A stretch of DNA of 64,000 bases from Bacteroidales bacterium (GTDB lineage Bacteria; Bacteroidota; Bacteroidia; Bacteroidales; UBA4417). Below the pieces are notes generated by a model. The model had not been told where the DNA came from, searched no databases, and was given only the letters and a program-made list of their open reading frames with translations. Made by a program: the position numbers and the translations under genes. The stretch lies in contig JADJGZ010000001.1 in NCBI GenBank assembly GCA_016707785.1, positions 324,484 through 388,483 of the forward strand, written 5' to 3'. Of this stretch, positions 40,938 to 50,455 are shown piece after piece (the stretch's first letter is position 1; every line of letters begins with the position of its first letter).

Positions 40938-41808
40938 TGAAGAGAAATGCAATGGATGTGGCTTATGCATTCCAAATTGCCATGAAGGTGCCTTACAAAT
41001 TATTGATGGAAAGGCAAGATTAATCAGTGACCTGTTTTGTGATGGATTAGGGGCCTGCATCGGGCATTGTCCTGAAGGTGCCATTGAGATCATTGAAAGG
41101 GAAGCAGAGGCTTACAACGAAACCAAAGTAATGGAGATTATCTCTAAGCAGGGTAGAAATACCATACTTGCCCATCTTGAACATTTAAGAGACCATAAAG
41201 AGTTTGAACTTTTAAAGGAGGCAATCGCCTATATAAAAGAAAATGACATCGATCTTAGTCCGGAAGCTGCTGTTGCCCAAGCCTCAGTAGTTCATAATCT
41301 GCAGGCTGCCATTAAGGAATCCAAATCGTCCCCGATGTGCGGTTGTTCCGGGTCACAACCGATGGATTTCAAGATTGATATGGATAAATTAAACCAATCG
41401 GTTGCTGAAACTACTACTCCTTCTCATGTACCTTCAGAACTAAGGCAATGGCCTGTTCAGCTTCATCTCCTGAACCCCCAGGCTTCTTATTTTCAAAACG
41501 CTGATGTACTTCTGGCCGCAGATTGTGCAGCTTTTGCCATGGGAGATTTCCATGGCACTTTTATGAAAGGAAAAGCATTAGCCATTGCTTGTCCAAAACT
41601 CGACTCCAATAAAGAATCCTATATTGATAAAATTGCTGCCATGATTACCCTGGCAAATATTCAATCCATAACGGTTGTTATGATGGAAGTTCCGTGTTGT
41701 GGCGGACTGCTTCAATTGGTGAAACTAGCTGTTCAAAAAGCCAATGTGACCATACCGGTCCACAAATCTATCATCAGCATTAAAGGTGAGGTCATTAGTT
41801 CTGAATGA
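40912..41808 (+). CDS. 4Fe-4S dicluster ferredoxin-domain protein with Cys-rich C-terminal domain
   Basis: 298-aa ORF with CNGCGLCIPNC and CDGLGACIGHCP motifs, then CGCSGS, CPKLD and VPCCGG. It overlaps the Rrf2-2 stop by 26 nt. Confidence 0.8.
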   Translation: MLRKIIQIDEEKCNGCGLCIPNCHEGALQIIDGKARLISDLFCDGLGACIGHCPEGAIEIIEREAEAYNETKVMEIISKQGRNTILAHLEHLRDHKEFELLKEAIAYIKENDIDLSPEAAVAQASVVHNLQAAIKESKSSPMCGCSGSQPMDFKIDMDKLNQSVAETTTPSHVPSELRQWPVQLHLLNPQASYFQNADVLLAADCAAFAMGDFHGTFMKGKALAIACPKLDSNKESYIDKIAAMITLANIQSITVVMMEVPCCGGLLQLVKLAVQKANVTIPVHKSIISIKGEVISSE

Positions 41809-41820
41809 GTTAAAAGGGCC

Positions 41821-41857
41821 AGCTCCTTTCATTTGCATTGAAAGGAGCTTTTTTTAT
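41821..41857 (+). terminator. Hairpin plus T-run between the Fe-S protein gene and norB
   Basis: agctcctttc / gaaaggagct is a 10-bp stem with a 9-nt loop, followed by a T7 run. Confidence 0.7.
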
Positions 41858-41898
41858 AGTTTTAATTAAGTATTTAAGTACTCATAAATAAACACAAA

Positions 41899-44142
41899 AT
41901 GAAAAACAGAAAACTTTGGTTTGGCTTTATTGCTGTTATGGTAATTTCTTTCGCCGTTCTAGGGTATTATGGAAAGGAAATTTACCGTCAGGCTCCCCCG
42001 ATCCCTGATTTTGTTAAATCAACGGATGGAAAAATTCTCTTTACCGGACAGGATATCAAGGATGGACAAAACATCTGGCAATCAATTGGAGGACAAGAAG
42101 TTGGGACGATATGGGGACATGGATCCTATGTTGCACCAGACTGGTCGGCAGATTGGCTGCACCGGGAAGCAAGTTTCATGCTGGAATCCTATGCATTGAA
42201 TAATGATAGCACCACTTTCTCAGCTTTGGATTTGGAAAAGCAGGCGGCATACAAGGCAAGGCTTCAAAAAGACATTAGGACAAATACTTATGATCCTGAT
42301 AAAAAGGAGTTGACGATTTCGGTGGTTAGAGCTGAAGCAATCAGGCAGGTTAGCGAGCATTACACCGGGCTCTTCATGAGTGACACTTCAAAATCGGCTT
42401 TGAGAGATGCTTATGCAATTCCTGCCAACACCATCAAAACATTGGACAGGATGCAGAAAATGAATGCATTCTTTTTCTGGACATCATGGGCATGTGTCAC
42501 CAACAGGCCAGGCAGTGATATCAGTTATACCAATAACTGGCCGTCAGAAGAGTTGGTAGCAAATACACCTACAAGTTCACTGATACTATGGACAGGTTTC
42601 AGTGTTATCGTATTATTGGCAGGTATTGGATTGCTTGCCTGGTATTATGCCCGGACCCGGGAAGAAGAGGAAATAGAACGATTGACCAGAGACCCATTTT
42701 TAGGTCTGGCCATGACTCCTTCGATGAAAGCCACTCTCAAATATTTCTGGGTAGTGACCGGATTAATCCTTGTTCAGGTCCTGATGGGAATTATAACAGC
42801 ACATTATGGTGTGGAAGGACAAGCTTTCTATGGTTTCCCGCTTTCCGACTTCCTCCCCTATTCCTTATCCAGAACCTGGCATGTTCAGCTGGCAATATTC
42901 TGGATAGCTACTTCATGGTTAGCCACCGGTTTATACCTGGCACCTGCAATTTCGGGGCATGAGCCAAAGTTTCAGAGGTTTGGAGTTAATTTCCTGTTCA
43001 TGGCACTCCTCGTCATTGTTGTTGGATCATTAGCAGGGCAATGGTTTGGAATCATGCAAAAATTAGGACTTGTCTCGAATTTCTACTTTGGTCACCAGGG
43101 ATATGAGTATGTTGACCTGGGAAGGTTCTGGCAGGCATTTCTTTTTATAGGCCTTATTTTATGGTTACTCCTGATGGGTAGAGCCATCTGGCCAGCCATT
43201 ACAAAAAAGGATGAAAACAGGCATTTGCTTACCATGTTCCTGATCGCTTCCATAGCTATTGCTGCTTTTTATGGTGCAGGGCTTATGTGGGGACGACAGA
43301 CCAACCTGGCTATTGCTGAATATTGGAGATGGTGGGTTGTTCACCTATGGGTTGAAGGCTTCTTTGAAGTATTTGCAACAGTTGCCATCGCCTTTCTTTT
43401 TGTCAAATTAAACCTTGTCAGGACTAAGACAGCGACAAGTAATGTTTTATTCTCTACCATTGTTTTTCTTTCAGGAGGTATCATCGGCACCTTCCATCAT
43501 TTGTATTTTACCGGTACTCCAACAGCCATCCTTGCTTTAGGGGCAACATTCAGTGCCCTGGAGGTTGTTCCCCTGGTTCTTTTAGGTTTCGAAGCCCATT
43601 CAACTTTAAAAATTGCAAAATCTGACACCTGGATCAGGAATTATAGGTGGCCGATTTACAGTTTCCTGGCAGTAACATTCTGGAACCTGGTAGGAGCCGG
43701 AATCTTTGGATTTCTGATCAATCCTCCAATTGCCCTCTATTATATGCAGGGGTTGAACACCACCCCGGTGCATGGCCACACGGCATTATTTGGTGTATAC
43801 GGAATGCTGGGAATTGGGCTTATGTTATTTGTCCTTAGAACGATGAACCCTGATGCCACCTGGAAATCAACCTATATCAGGTTTGCATTCTGGTCGATCA
43901 ATATCGGTTTAGCATTGATGGTTCTTCTGAGTGTTTTACCTGTCGGACTTGCTCAAACCTGGGTGAGTGTGAAATACGGTTTATGGTATGCACGTTCTGC
44001 AGAATTCCTTCAGAGTGATATTTTATCAACATTCCGTTGGCTAAGGGTAATCGGAGATACTATATTTGCTCTCGGAACATTATCCCTGGGCTGGTTTATC
44101 ATTGGACTAAAAACCGGCTGGTCAATTGAAAAGAAAAATTAA
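41899..44142 (+). CDS. norB: Quinol-dependent nitric-oxide reductase (qNOR, single-subunit NorB/NorZ type)
   Basis: 747-aa ORF. The N-terminal extension EIYRQAPPIP...GQNIWQSIGGQEVGTIWGHGSYVAPDWSADWLHRE is followed by a 12-TM heme-copper-oxidase-like core with conserved His residues. Confidence 0.92.
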   Translation: MKNRKLWFGFIAVMVISFAVLGYYGKEIYRQAPPIPDFVKSTDGKILFTGQDIKDGQNIWQSIGGQEVGTIWGHGSYVAPDWSADWLHREASFMLESYALNNDSTTFSALDLEKQAAYKARLQKDIRTNTYDPDKKELTISVVRAEAIRQVSEHYTGLFMSDTSKSALRDAYAIPANTIKTLDRMQKMNAFFFWTSWACVTNRPGSDISYTNNWPSEELVANTPTSSLILWTGFSVIVLLAGIGLLAWYYARTREEEEIERLTRDPFLGLAMTPSMKATLKYFWVVTGLILVQVLMGIITAHYGVEGQAFYGFPLSDFLPYSLSRTWHVQLAIFWIATSWLATGLYLAPAISGHEPKFQRFGVNFLFMALLVIVVGSLAGQWFGIMQKLGLVSNFYFGHQGYEYVDLGRFWQAFLFIGLILWLLLMGRAIWPAITKKDENRHLLTMFLIASIAIAAFYGAGLMWGRQTNLAIAEYWRWWVVHLWVEGFFEVFATVAIAFLFVKLNLVRTKTATSNVLFSTIVFLSGGIIGTFHHLYFTGTPTAILALGATFSALEVVPLVLLGFEAHSTLKIAKSDTWIRNYRWPIYSFLAVTFWNLVGAGIFGFLINPPIALYYMQGLNTTPVHGHTALFGVYGMLGIGLMLFVLRTMNPDATWKSTYIRFAFWSINIGLALMVLLSVLPVGLAQTWVSVKYGLWYARSAEFLQSDILSTFRWLRVIGDTIFALGTLSLGWFIIGLKTGWSIEKKN

Positions 44143-44161
44143 TCCATTTAAACATAAAACT

Positions 44162-44503
44162 ATGGAACCCAATGTATTTGAAACCGGAAAAACTTTTAGT
44201 TTTTCAGAAAAAGTTGACTACTCTGCCGGAGGGATTGTAAGCAAAAAAGTCATCCAGAAAGAAAATGGGAATGTCACCTTATTTGCTTTTGATGAAGGGC
44301 AAAAGCTAAGTGAACATACTGCTCCGTTTGATGCCCTGGTGCAGGTACTGGATGGTGAAGCTGAAATAGTGATCAATGGAAATCCCAATCTGCTCAAGGC
44401 TGGTCAGAGCATTATTATGCCGGGCGGTATTCCACATGCTGTTAATGCCATCAAACCTTTTAAGATGTTACTTATCATGATCAGGAATCTGCCAGCAGTT
44501 TAA
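44162..44503 (+). CDS. Cupin-domain protein
   Basis: The track ORF starts at a TTG (44126) overlapping norB. The ATG at 44162 (MEPNVF...) is more plausible. Cupin motifs present: LSEHTAPFDALVQVLDGE...GGIPHAV. Confidence 0.72.
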   Translation: MEPNVFETGKTFSFSEKVDYSAGGIVSKKVIQKENGNVTLFAFDEGQKLSEHTAPFDALVQVLDGEAEIVINGNPNLLKAGQSIIMPGGIPHAVNAIKPFKMLLIMIRNLPAV

Positions 44504-44520
44504 TTCTTTGAACAGTCATC

Positions 44521-44835
44521 ATGCTATTGTTTCAAAACAGGCGGAAGAGAGAATTCATCATTGTAACAACCATGATCAGAATGTATTGCAAAAAAAATCA
44601 TTCCACTGATCAGGTTCCATGTATTGAATGCCAGGATTTAATCCGCTATGCAGATACCAGGCTTGAAAGATGTAAATTTGGTGATGAGAAGCCTGTTTGT
44701 AAAGATTGTGTGGTTCATTGTTATTCAAAAGAACAAAGAGAAAAAATGAAGACTGTCATGAAATGGTCAGGACCAAGGATGATATATCTGCATCCACTCT
44801 TCGCCCTGGTACATTTATTTGATTCCAGACACTAA
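44521..44835 (+). CDS. Nitrous-oxide-stimulated promoter (YgbA-like) family protein
   Basis: 104-aa ORF with MIRMYCKKNH...PCIECQDL...RCKFGDEKPVCKDC.VHCY...MK.VM..SGPRM, the Cys pattern of the YgbA_NO family. Confidence 0.8.
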   Translation: MLLFQNRRKREFIIVTTMIRMYCKKNHSTDQVPCIECQDLIRYADTRLERCKFGDEKPVCKDCVVHCYSKEQREKMKTVMKWSGPRMIYLHPLFALVHLFDSRH

Positions 44836-44847
44836 AAGAAATCAAAC

Positions 44848-45162
44848 ATGAATATTTCGATTAAAAATCTGAAAAACGCTGAGAAACTTGCCACTGAATT
44901 TGAGGCCTTTAGAATGTATCAGTCTGAACGTCTCGAAGTAGTACATATATGCCTCAAACCAAACGAGAGTATTCCTTTACACAAGAACCCGGTCAGGGTA
45001 GTATTCTGTATTTTACAGGGTTCTGGAATCCTTGTCACTGAAGAAGGAAAATCTGTTGTTTCGCCATTTGACAGCATAGAGATATTGGAAAATACCTCCA
45101 GGAGCCTTGAGAATCCTGGTGAAACAGAGTTAAGGGTATTAGTATTGAAGCAAATAAATTGA
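44848..45162 (+). CDS. Small cupin-domain protein
   Basis: 104-aa ORF with a beta-barrel pattern (PLHKNPVRVVFCILQGSG...). Confidence 0.65.
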   Translation: MNISIKNLKNAEKLATEFEAFRMYQSERLEVVHICLKPNESIPLHKNPVRVVFCILQGSGILVTEEGKSVVSPFDSIEILENTSRSLENPGETELRVLVLKQIN

Positions 45163-45180
45163 TACTGAAAACTTAGGATG

Positions 45181-45212
45181 AAAGCGCCTCAACAGGCGCT
45201 TTTTTATTTTTT
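45181..45212 (+). terminator. Rho-independent terminator ending the NO-stress gene row
   Basis: aaagcgcc / ggcgcttt stem followed by a T-run. Confidence 0.75.
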
Positions 45213-45438
45213 GCAGCTATCTCATCTTGCATTAATACCATGGTAGATCTAGGAATGAACCCAGGTAAAACAACTGAAATATCGAATATTTTTGGTAAGG
45301 GAATCTTAAAAAGGGCTAATTCCATGCATACCAGGACTATTAAAAGATCGAATTAATTAAGGCAGATGAATAACAAGAACCTTTACTTTTGATCCCTTTT
45401 ATGTAATTTCGTCATTCAATAACCCAATAACCTGAATA

Positions 45439-46248
45439 ATGGAGAAAGCTAAAGAAATATTTGAAAAGTTGTGGCAGGATTATATCATTCAAAACCCTGA
45501 AGCTAAGCAAGTTTATGATGCTTTTGTTGCAGAAGGAGAGATCGTTGAGAATGATCATATTGCATTCCGCACATTTTATCATCCTCATATTAATGTGGAT
45601 GTTCTGTCCCGTCCGTTCCTGCTGGCCGGATACGTTCAGAAAGGCTACTACGTTTTTGAAGATAAACACCTGACGGCCAAGCATTATGAACACCCTGACT
45701 GGGCAGAAGCTCCAAGGGTTTTTATCAGTCAGCTGATGACTGAACATTTCAGCCCGGAACTTCAGCAGGTGGTGAGTGGAATTATTGCCCGATTACCTGA
45801 ATCTCTATATTTCAGTAATGAGGTGATCTATGCAGGCGATGTATGGGGTATGCCTTCCTATTCAACTTATGAGATGTTGAGAAAGGAGTCGGAATATGCA
45901 GCATGGTTGTATGTTTACGGATTCAGGGTAAATCATTTTACCGTCAGTATCAATCATTTAAAAAAGCTGAATACCATTGAAATTGTGAATCAATTTCTGA
46001 ATGACAAAGGATTTCTCCTGAATGAATCCGGAGGACGTGTAAAAGGCACCCCTGCTGAACTTCTTGAACAGTCGAGCACAAAAGCCGGTATACTTCCGAT
46101 CCAATTCATTGAAGGGATTTATCATATCCCTTCCTGTTATTATGAATTTGCCCGCAGGTACCCGGATACAGATGGCGAGCTTTACTCCGGTTTTATCGCA
46201 AAATCAGCGGATAAAATCTTTGAAAGCACCGATTTCTACAAAAAGTAA
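45439..46248 (+). CDS. DUF1338 family protein (HglS-like 2-oxoadipate dioxygenase/decarboxylase family)
   Basis: 269-aa ORF with N-terminal LWQDYI..NP and the DHIAFRTF metal-site context typical of DUF1338/YdcJ/HglS. Confidence 0.78.
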   Translation: MEKAKEIFEKLWQDYIIQNPEAKQVYDAFVAEGEIVENDHIAFRTFYHPHINVDVLSRPFLLAGYVQKGYYVFEDKHLTAKHYEHPDWAEAPRVFISQLMTEHFSPELQQVVSGIIARLPESLYFSNEVIYAGDVWGMPSYSTYEMLRKESEYAAWLYVYGFRVNHFTVSINHLKKLNTIEIVNQFLNDKGFLLNESGGRVKGTPAELLEQSSTKAGILPIQFIEGIYHIPSCYYEFARRYPDTDGELYSGFIAKSADKIFESTDFYKK

Positions 46249-46293
46249 TACTGAAAATGGGTACTGAATACCCTGTATATAAAAAAGAAGTAA

Positions 46294-47010
46294 ATGCATA
46301 AACGAATATTTCAGTACCTGTTGTTGATGCTGCTATGGATAGGCCCGATTGCTGTGTTTTCCCAGCAAAGGCCTTTCTGGTTGGGTGCCAGATATGGTTT
46401 TTCCCTCCCTTTAGGCCAGTTTGCATCACATGAATTCAAAAAGGATAATGTTGAATACGGTGCTTATGCGCTGCTCGGAAGTAATTTCACAGCTGAGGGT
46501 GGGTGGCATTTTTCCAAATCTTTAAGTGTTAGTGGAAGTGCATCAGTATCATATTTTCCTATAGCTTCCGGCTATTATGTCAAGGATAAAAAAGCCGATG
46601 ACCCTGCATTGGAGGATCTTTGGATAAAATCAGGAGCCTATGAGATTTCTAAGTATTTGATTGGAGGCGCTTACTCTTTACCAATGGGCGAGCGATTTAA
46701 CCTGGCATTGAATGCCCAGGGTGGAGTTTGCAGAGCGAAGTCCCCTGACCAGCTCTATGCAGCAACCTATTTTTTTATTGGAAAACTATCCTGGGTCAAA
46801 ACCCAGGCTATTAGCACTACCCCTGCATTCTCGGCAGGTCTCAACCTCAGGTACAAGCTTTTTGACCATGTGGAACTATTCCTTCAGTCGGAATACAGTT
46901 ACTCTGAAGCTGTGTTCACTTTCTGGGATGCCAACTTTATAATAAAAACTGACAGAATCCTGAAAATGCCGATGATAACGGTACAACCAGGTTTAAACAT
47001 TACTTTCTGA
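46294..47010 (+). CDS. Putative outer-membrane beta-barrel protein
   Basis: 238-aa ORF with a signal peptide, alternating hydrophobic beta-strand pattern and a terminal aromatic residue (…LNITF). Confidence 0.5.
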   Translation: MHKRIFQYLLLMLLWIGPIAVFSQQRPFWLGARYGFSLPLGQFASHEFKKDNVEYGAYALLGSNFTAEGGWHFSKSLSVSGSASVSYFPIASGYYVKDKKADDPALEDLWIKSGAYEISKYLIGGAYSLPMGERFNLALNAQGGVCRAKSPDQLYAATYFFIGKLSWVKTQAISTTPAFSAGLNLRYKLFDHVELFLQSEYSYSEAVFTFWDANFIIKTDRILKMPMITVQPGLNITF

Positions 47011-47014
47011 AATC

Positions 47015-47395
47015 ATGAAGAACTTAAAAAAGATCTATCATATCAAATCCCTCCCTGAGGATGTTTTTACAGCATTAACTAACCCATTGACCATTGAAAT
47101 GTGGACCGGGGCTTCGGCTGTCATGATTCCGGAAGCCGGTACCGAGTTTTCACTATGGGATGGTGATATCACAGGTATTAATCTTGAAATTATACCTAAT
47201 AAACTTTTGAAACAGAAATGGGATTTTGAAGGTGAAGAAGGCAATTCAATTGTAACCATCACCCTTGAACCGGAAGGTAAGGATACCAGGGTAGAAGTTC
47301 TGCATCTTGATATTCCTGATGATGCATTTGAAAATATTGCAGATGGATGGGACAGATACTATTTCAAGCCACTGAAAGATCTTTTGGAGGAATAG
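47015..47395 (+). CDS. SRPBCC/AHSA1-like small protein
   Basis: 126-aa ORF. VFTALTNP..IE.W and a START-like layout resemble the Aha1-domain family. Confidence 0.7.
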   Translation: MKNLKKIYHIKSLPEDVFTALTNPLTIEMWTGASAVMIPEAGTEFSLWDGDITGINLEIIPNKLLKQKWDFEGEEGNSIVTITLEPEGKDTRVEVLHLDIPDDAFENIADGWDRYYFKPLKDLLEE

Positions 47396-47511
47396 CTATC
47401 TGAGTCATATACTGCTATTAATAAATCACTTACATATAATCACCTGAAGTCTTTCATGATGTATTGAAAGTGTTTTCATGGCATTTGTACCAAAGAATAG
47501 TGATCACGCAT

Positions 47512-50436
47512 ATGATTCCTCATAACAAACTTTCGGAACTCAAAACTCACCTTAAGGGAGATGTGCTGGTTGATGAGGCCAGCCTATTAATGTATGCAAC
47601 AGATGCTTCAGCCTACAGGGAACTTCCGTTAGCTGTAACCATTCCTGTTGATGATGCCGATCTCAAATACCTGGTTGGATTTGCCAGGCAGATGAAAATA
47701 CCTCTTATTCCCAGAGCAGCAGGAACTTCATTGGCCGGACAGGTCGTTGGGAAAGGGATAATTGTTGATATTTCAAAGCATTTTACCTCCATTATTGAGA
47801 TCAATGAGTCTGAACATTGGGTAAGGGTTCAACCTGGAGTAGTACTTGATGAATTAAACAAAGTACTATTGCCGAAAGGATTATTTTTTGGCCCTGAGAC
47901 CTCGACTTCCAGCCGGTGTATGATTGGTGGGATGGTAGGCAATAATTCATGTGGTTCACATTCTCTAGTTTATGGGAGCACGCGTGACCATACCCTCGAA
48001 ATAAAGGCCATTTTAAGTAATGGCCAGGAAGTGGTTTTCAATTCGTTGACAAAAGAAGAATTTGCAAAGAAATGTCTTCAGAAAGATCTTGAAGGGAGTA
48101 TCTATCAGAATATTAATGAAATATTATCCGATCCCGGCCATCAATCAGAGATCATTCAACAATACCCCGACCCATCGATTCATCGCAGGAATACCGGGTA
48201 TGCTTTAGACTTACTCCTTGATTCAAACCCTTTTATTGCCGGTAGCCAGCCATTCAATTTCTGTAAATTAATTGCAGGCTCAGAAGGCACTTTATGCCTG
48301 ATAACAGAAATCAAGCTCAATTTGGTTCCCCTTCCACCTCCTGAAAAAGCTCTTTTGTGTGTTCACTGCAGTTCACTTGAAGATGCTTTCAAAGGAAATC
48401 TAGTGGCATTAAAACACAATCCTGTTGCTGTTGAACTGATGGATGACATCATTCTTCAGCAGACCAAATCAAATATCTCTCAAAACAAGAACCGCTTCTT
48501 TTTGCAGGGAGATCCTGCTGCGATACTCATCATTGAACTGGCAGAACAAACTAAGGAAGCACTTGATTTTAAAGCCAGCAAGCTTGAATCCGATTTCAGG
48601 ACTGCGGGTTATGGATACCATTTCCCTTTGATAAAGGGTGAAGATATTAATAAAGTATGGGCATTGCGTAAAGCAGGATTAGGATTGCTTTCCAATGTAC
48701 CGGGCGACGCCAAGCCCGTGGCAGTTGTTGAAGATACCGCAGTGAATCCGGAAGTGCTACCTGAATACCTTGCGGAATTCAAGTTGATGCTCGACCAGTA
48801 TGGATTAAGTTGTGTATATCATGCTCATATTGCAACGGGAGAACTTCATCTGAGGCCTGTTTTGAATCTGAAAGAAGCAAAAGATGTTGAACTTTTCCAT
48901 ACCGTAGCGCTTGAAACGGCAAAACTTGTAAAAAAATACAGGGGATCCCTCAGCGGAGAACATGGTGATGGCAGGTTAAGAGGTGAATTTATCCCCCTGA
49001 TGATCGGAGAAAAGAACTACCGCTTGCTGGAAGAGCTCAAACAGTGCTGGGATCCGGAAGGGATATTCAATCCGGGTAAGATTACCCGAACGCCTAAAAT
49101 GAATTCCCAGCTGAGGTATAACAGCGGACAACAGGTTGATGAGCCTGAAACCTATTTCGATTTTTCAAGGACACATGGATTGCTGAGGGCAGCCGAACAG
49201 TGCAATGGTTCAGCTGATTGCAGGAAATCTTCCATCATGGGAGGTACGATGTGTCCGAGTTATATGGCTTCTTTCGATGAAAAGAACTCCACAAGAGCCA
49301 GGGCAAACATTTTAAGAGAATACCTGACTCATTCAACGAAGCCCAATCGTTTCGACCACAAGGAAATTTATGATGTGATGGACTTGTGCCTTTCGTGCAA
49401 AGGTTGTAAAAGCGAATGCCCGTCGAATGTTGATATGGCCAGGTACAAGGCTGAATTCCTTCAACATTGGTATAAGAACCATGGAATACCCATTCGTACA
49501 CGGCTCATAGCCAATATTACACTGATTAACCAACTCGGGATGATCCTGCCTTCAGTTTTCAACTGGGTAGTTACCAACCCATTGACCAGCAGCCTGCTTA
49601 AGAAAACACTAGGCTTTGCACCTAAGCGATCCATTCCCGTACTTCATAAATATACCCTTCGTGCCTGGCTTAAAATAAACGGGAATAAGGGAAGTAATTT
49701 CAGCAATGGAGGTGTTTATCTTTTCGCTGATGAGTTCACTGATTACAATGATGTGACCGTGGGAATCAAAGCCATACAGTTGCTGAATAAACTTAATTAC
49801 AAAGTTGAAATACCGGCGCATACACAAAGTGGCCGCACTTACTTATCGAAGGGTTTAGTCAAAGCATCCAAAAAGTTCGCCATCCGGAATGTGAATTCTT
49901 TAAAGGATATGGTGAATGATGCGACTCCTTTGATAGGCATTGAACCTTCTGCCATTCTGTCATTCCGCGATGAGTACCCTGACCTGGTCGGAAGCGAATT
50001 AAAAGATGCTGCCATCAAACTATCAAGAAACTGCCTGATGTTTGATGAATTTATAATGCAGGAGGTAGCAAAGGGAAAGATACAATCGAATCAGTTCTCC
50101 AGCAGGCAAGAAAGCATTAAACTGCATGGACATTGTCATCAGAAAGCACTTGCATCTACAGGACCCACAAAAGAGATGTTGTCGTTACCTGCCAATTACA
50201 GGATAGTAGAAATCAAATCCGGATGTTGCGGTATGGCGGGTTCCTTTGGATATGAGAAAGAGCATTATGAATTTTCCCAGAAAGTGGGAGAACTGGTATT
50301 ATTCCCTGAAGTACGAAATTCTTCAGAAAACGTAATAATAGCAGCTCCCGGGACCAGTTGCAGGCACCAGATCAAGGATGGCACCGGAAGGAAGGCATTT
50401 CATCCGATTGAAATATTATATGATGCTTGTTTATAG
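47512..50436 (+). CDS. FAD-linked oxidase fused to Fe-S/CCG domains (YdiJ-like, candidate D-2-hydroxyacid dehydrogenase)
   Basis: The track ORF starts at a TTG (47464). The ATG at 47512 (MIPHNKL...) fits YdiJ-like N-termini. It has an FAD_binding_4 region (PRAAGTSLAGQ), a 4Fe-4S motif (CLSCKGCKSECP) and C-terminal cysteine-rich CCG-type repeats (GHCHQKA, SGCCGMAG). Confidence 0.87.
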   Translation: MIPHNKLSELKTHLKGDVLVDEASLLMYATDASAYRELPLAVTIPVDDADLKYLVGFARQMKIPLIPRAAGTSLAGQVVGKGIIVDISKHFTSIIEINESEHWVRVQPGVVLDELNKVLLPKGLFFGPETSTSSRCMIGGMVGNNSCGSHSLVYGSTRDHTLEIKAILSNGQEVVFNSLTKEEFAKKCLQKDLEGSIYQNINEILSDPGHQSEIIQQYPDPSIHRRNTGYALDLLLDSNPFIAGSQPFNFCKLIAGSEGTLCLITEIKLNLVPLPPPEKALLCVHCSSLEDAFKGNLVALKHNPVAVELMDDIILQQTKSNISQNKNRFFLQGDPAAILIIELAEQTKEALDFKASKLESDFRTAGYGYHFPLIKGEDINKVWALRKAGLGLLSNVPGDAKPVAVVEDTAVNPEVLPEYLAEFKLMLDQYGLSCVYHAHIATGELHLRPVLNLKEAKDVELFHTVALETAKLVKKYRGSLSGEHGDGRLRGEFIPLMIGEKNYRLLEELKQCWDPEGIFNPGKITRTPKMNSQLRYNSGQQVDEPETYFDFSRTHGLLRAAEQCNGSADCRKSSIMGGTMCPSYMASFDEKNSTRARANILREYLTHSTKPNRFDHKEIYDVMDLCLSCKGCKSECPSNVDMARYKAEFLQHWYKNHGIPIRTRLIANITLINQLGMILPSVFNWVVTNPLTSSLLKKTLGFAPKRSIPVLHKYTLRAWLKINGNKGSNFSNGGVYLFADEFTDYNDVTVGIKAIQLLNKLNYKVEIPAHTQSGRTYLSKGLVKASKKFAIRNVNSLKDMVNDATPLIGIEPSAILSFRDEYPDLVGSELKDAAIKLSRNCLMFDEFIMQEVAKGKIQSNQFSSRQESIKLHGHCHQKALASTGPTKEMLSLPANYRIVEIKSGCCGMAGSFGYEKEHYEFSQKVGELVLFPEVRNSSENVIIAAPGTSCRHQIKDGTGRKAFHPIEILYDACL

Positions 50437-50455
50437 CAATTAATTATGGCATCTG

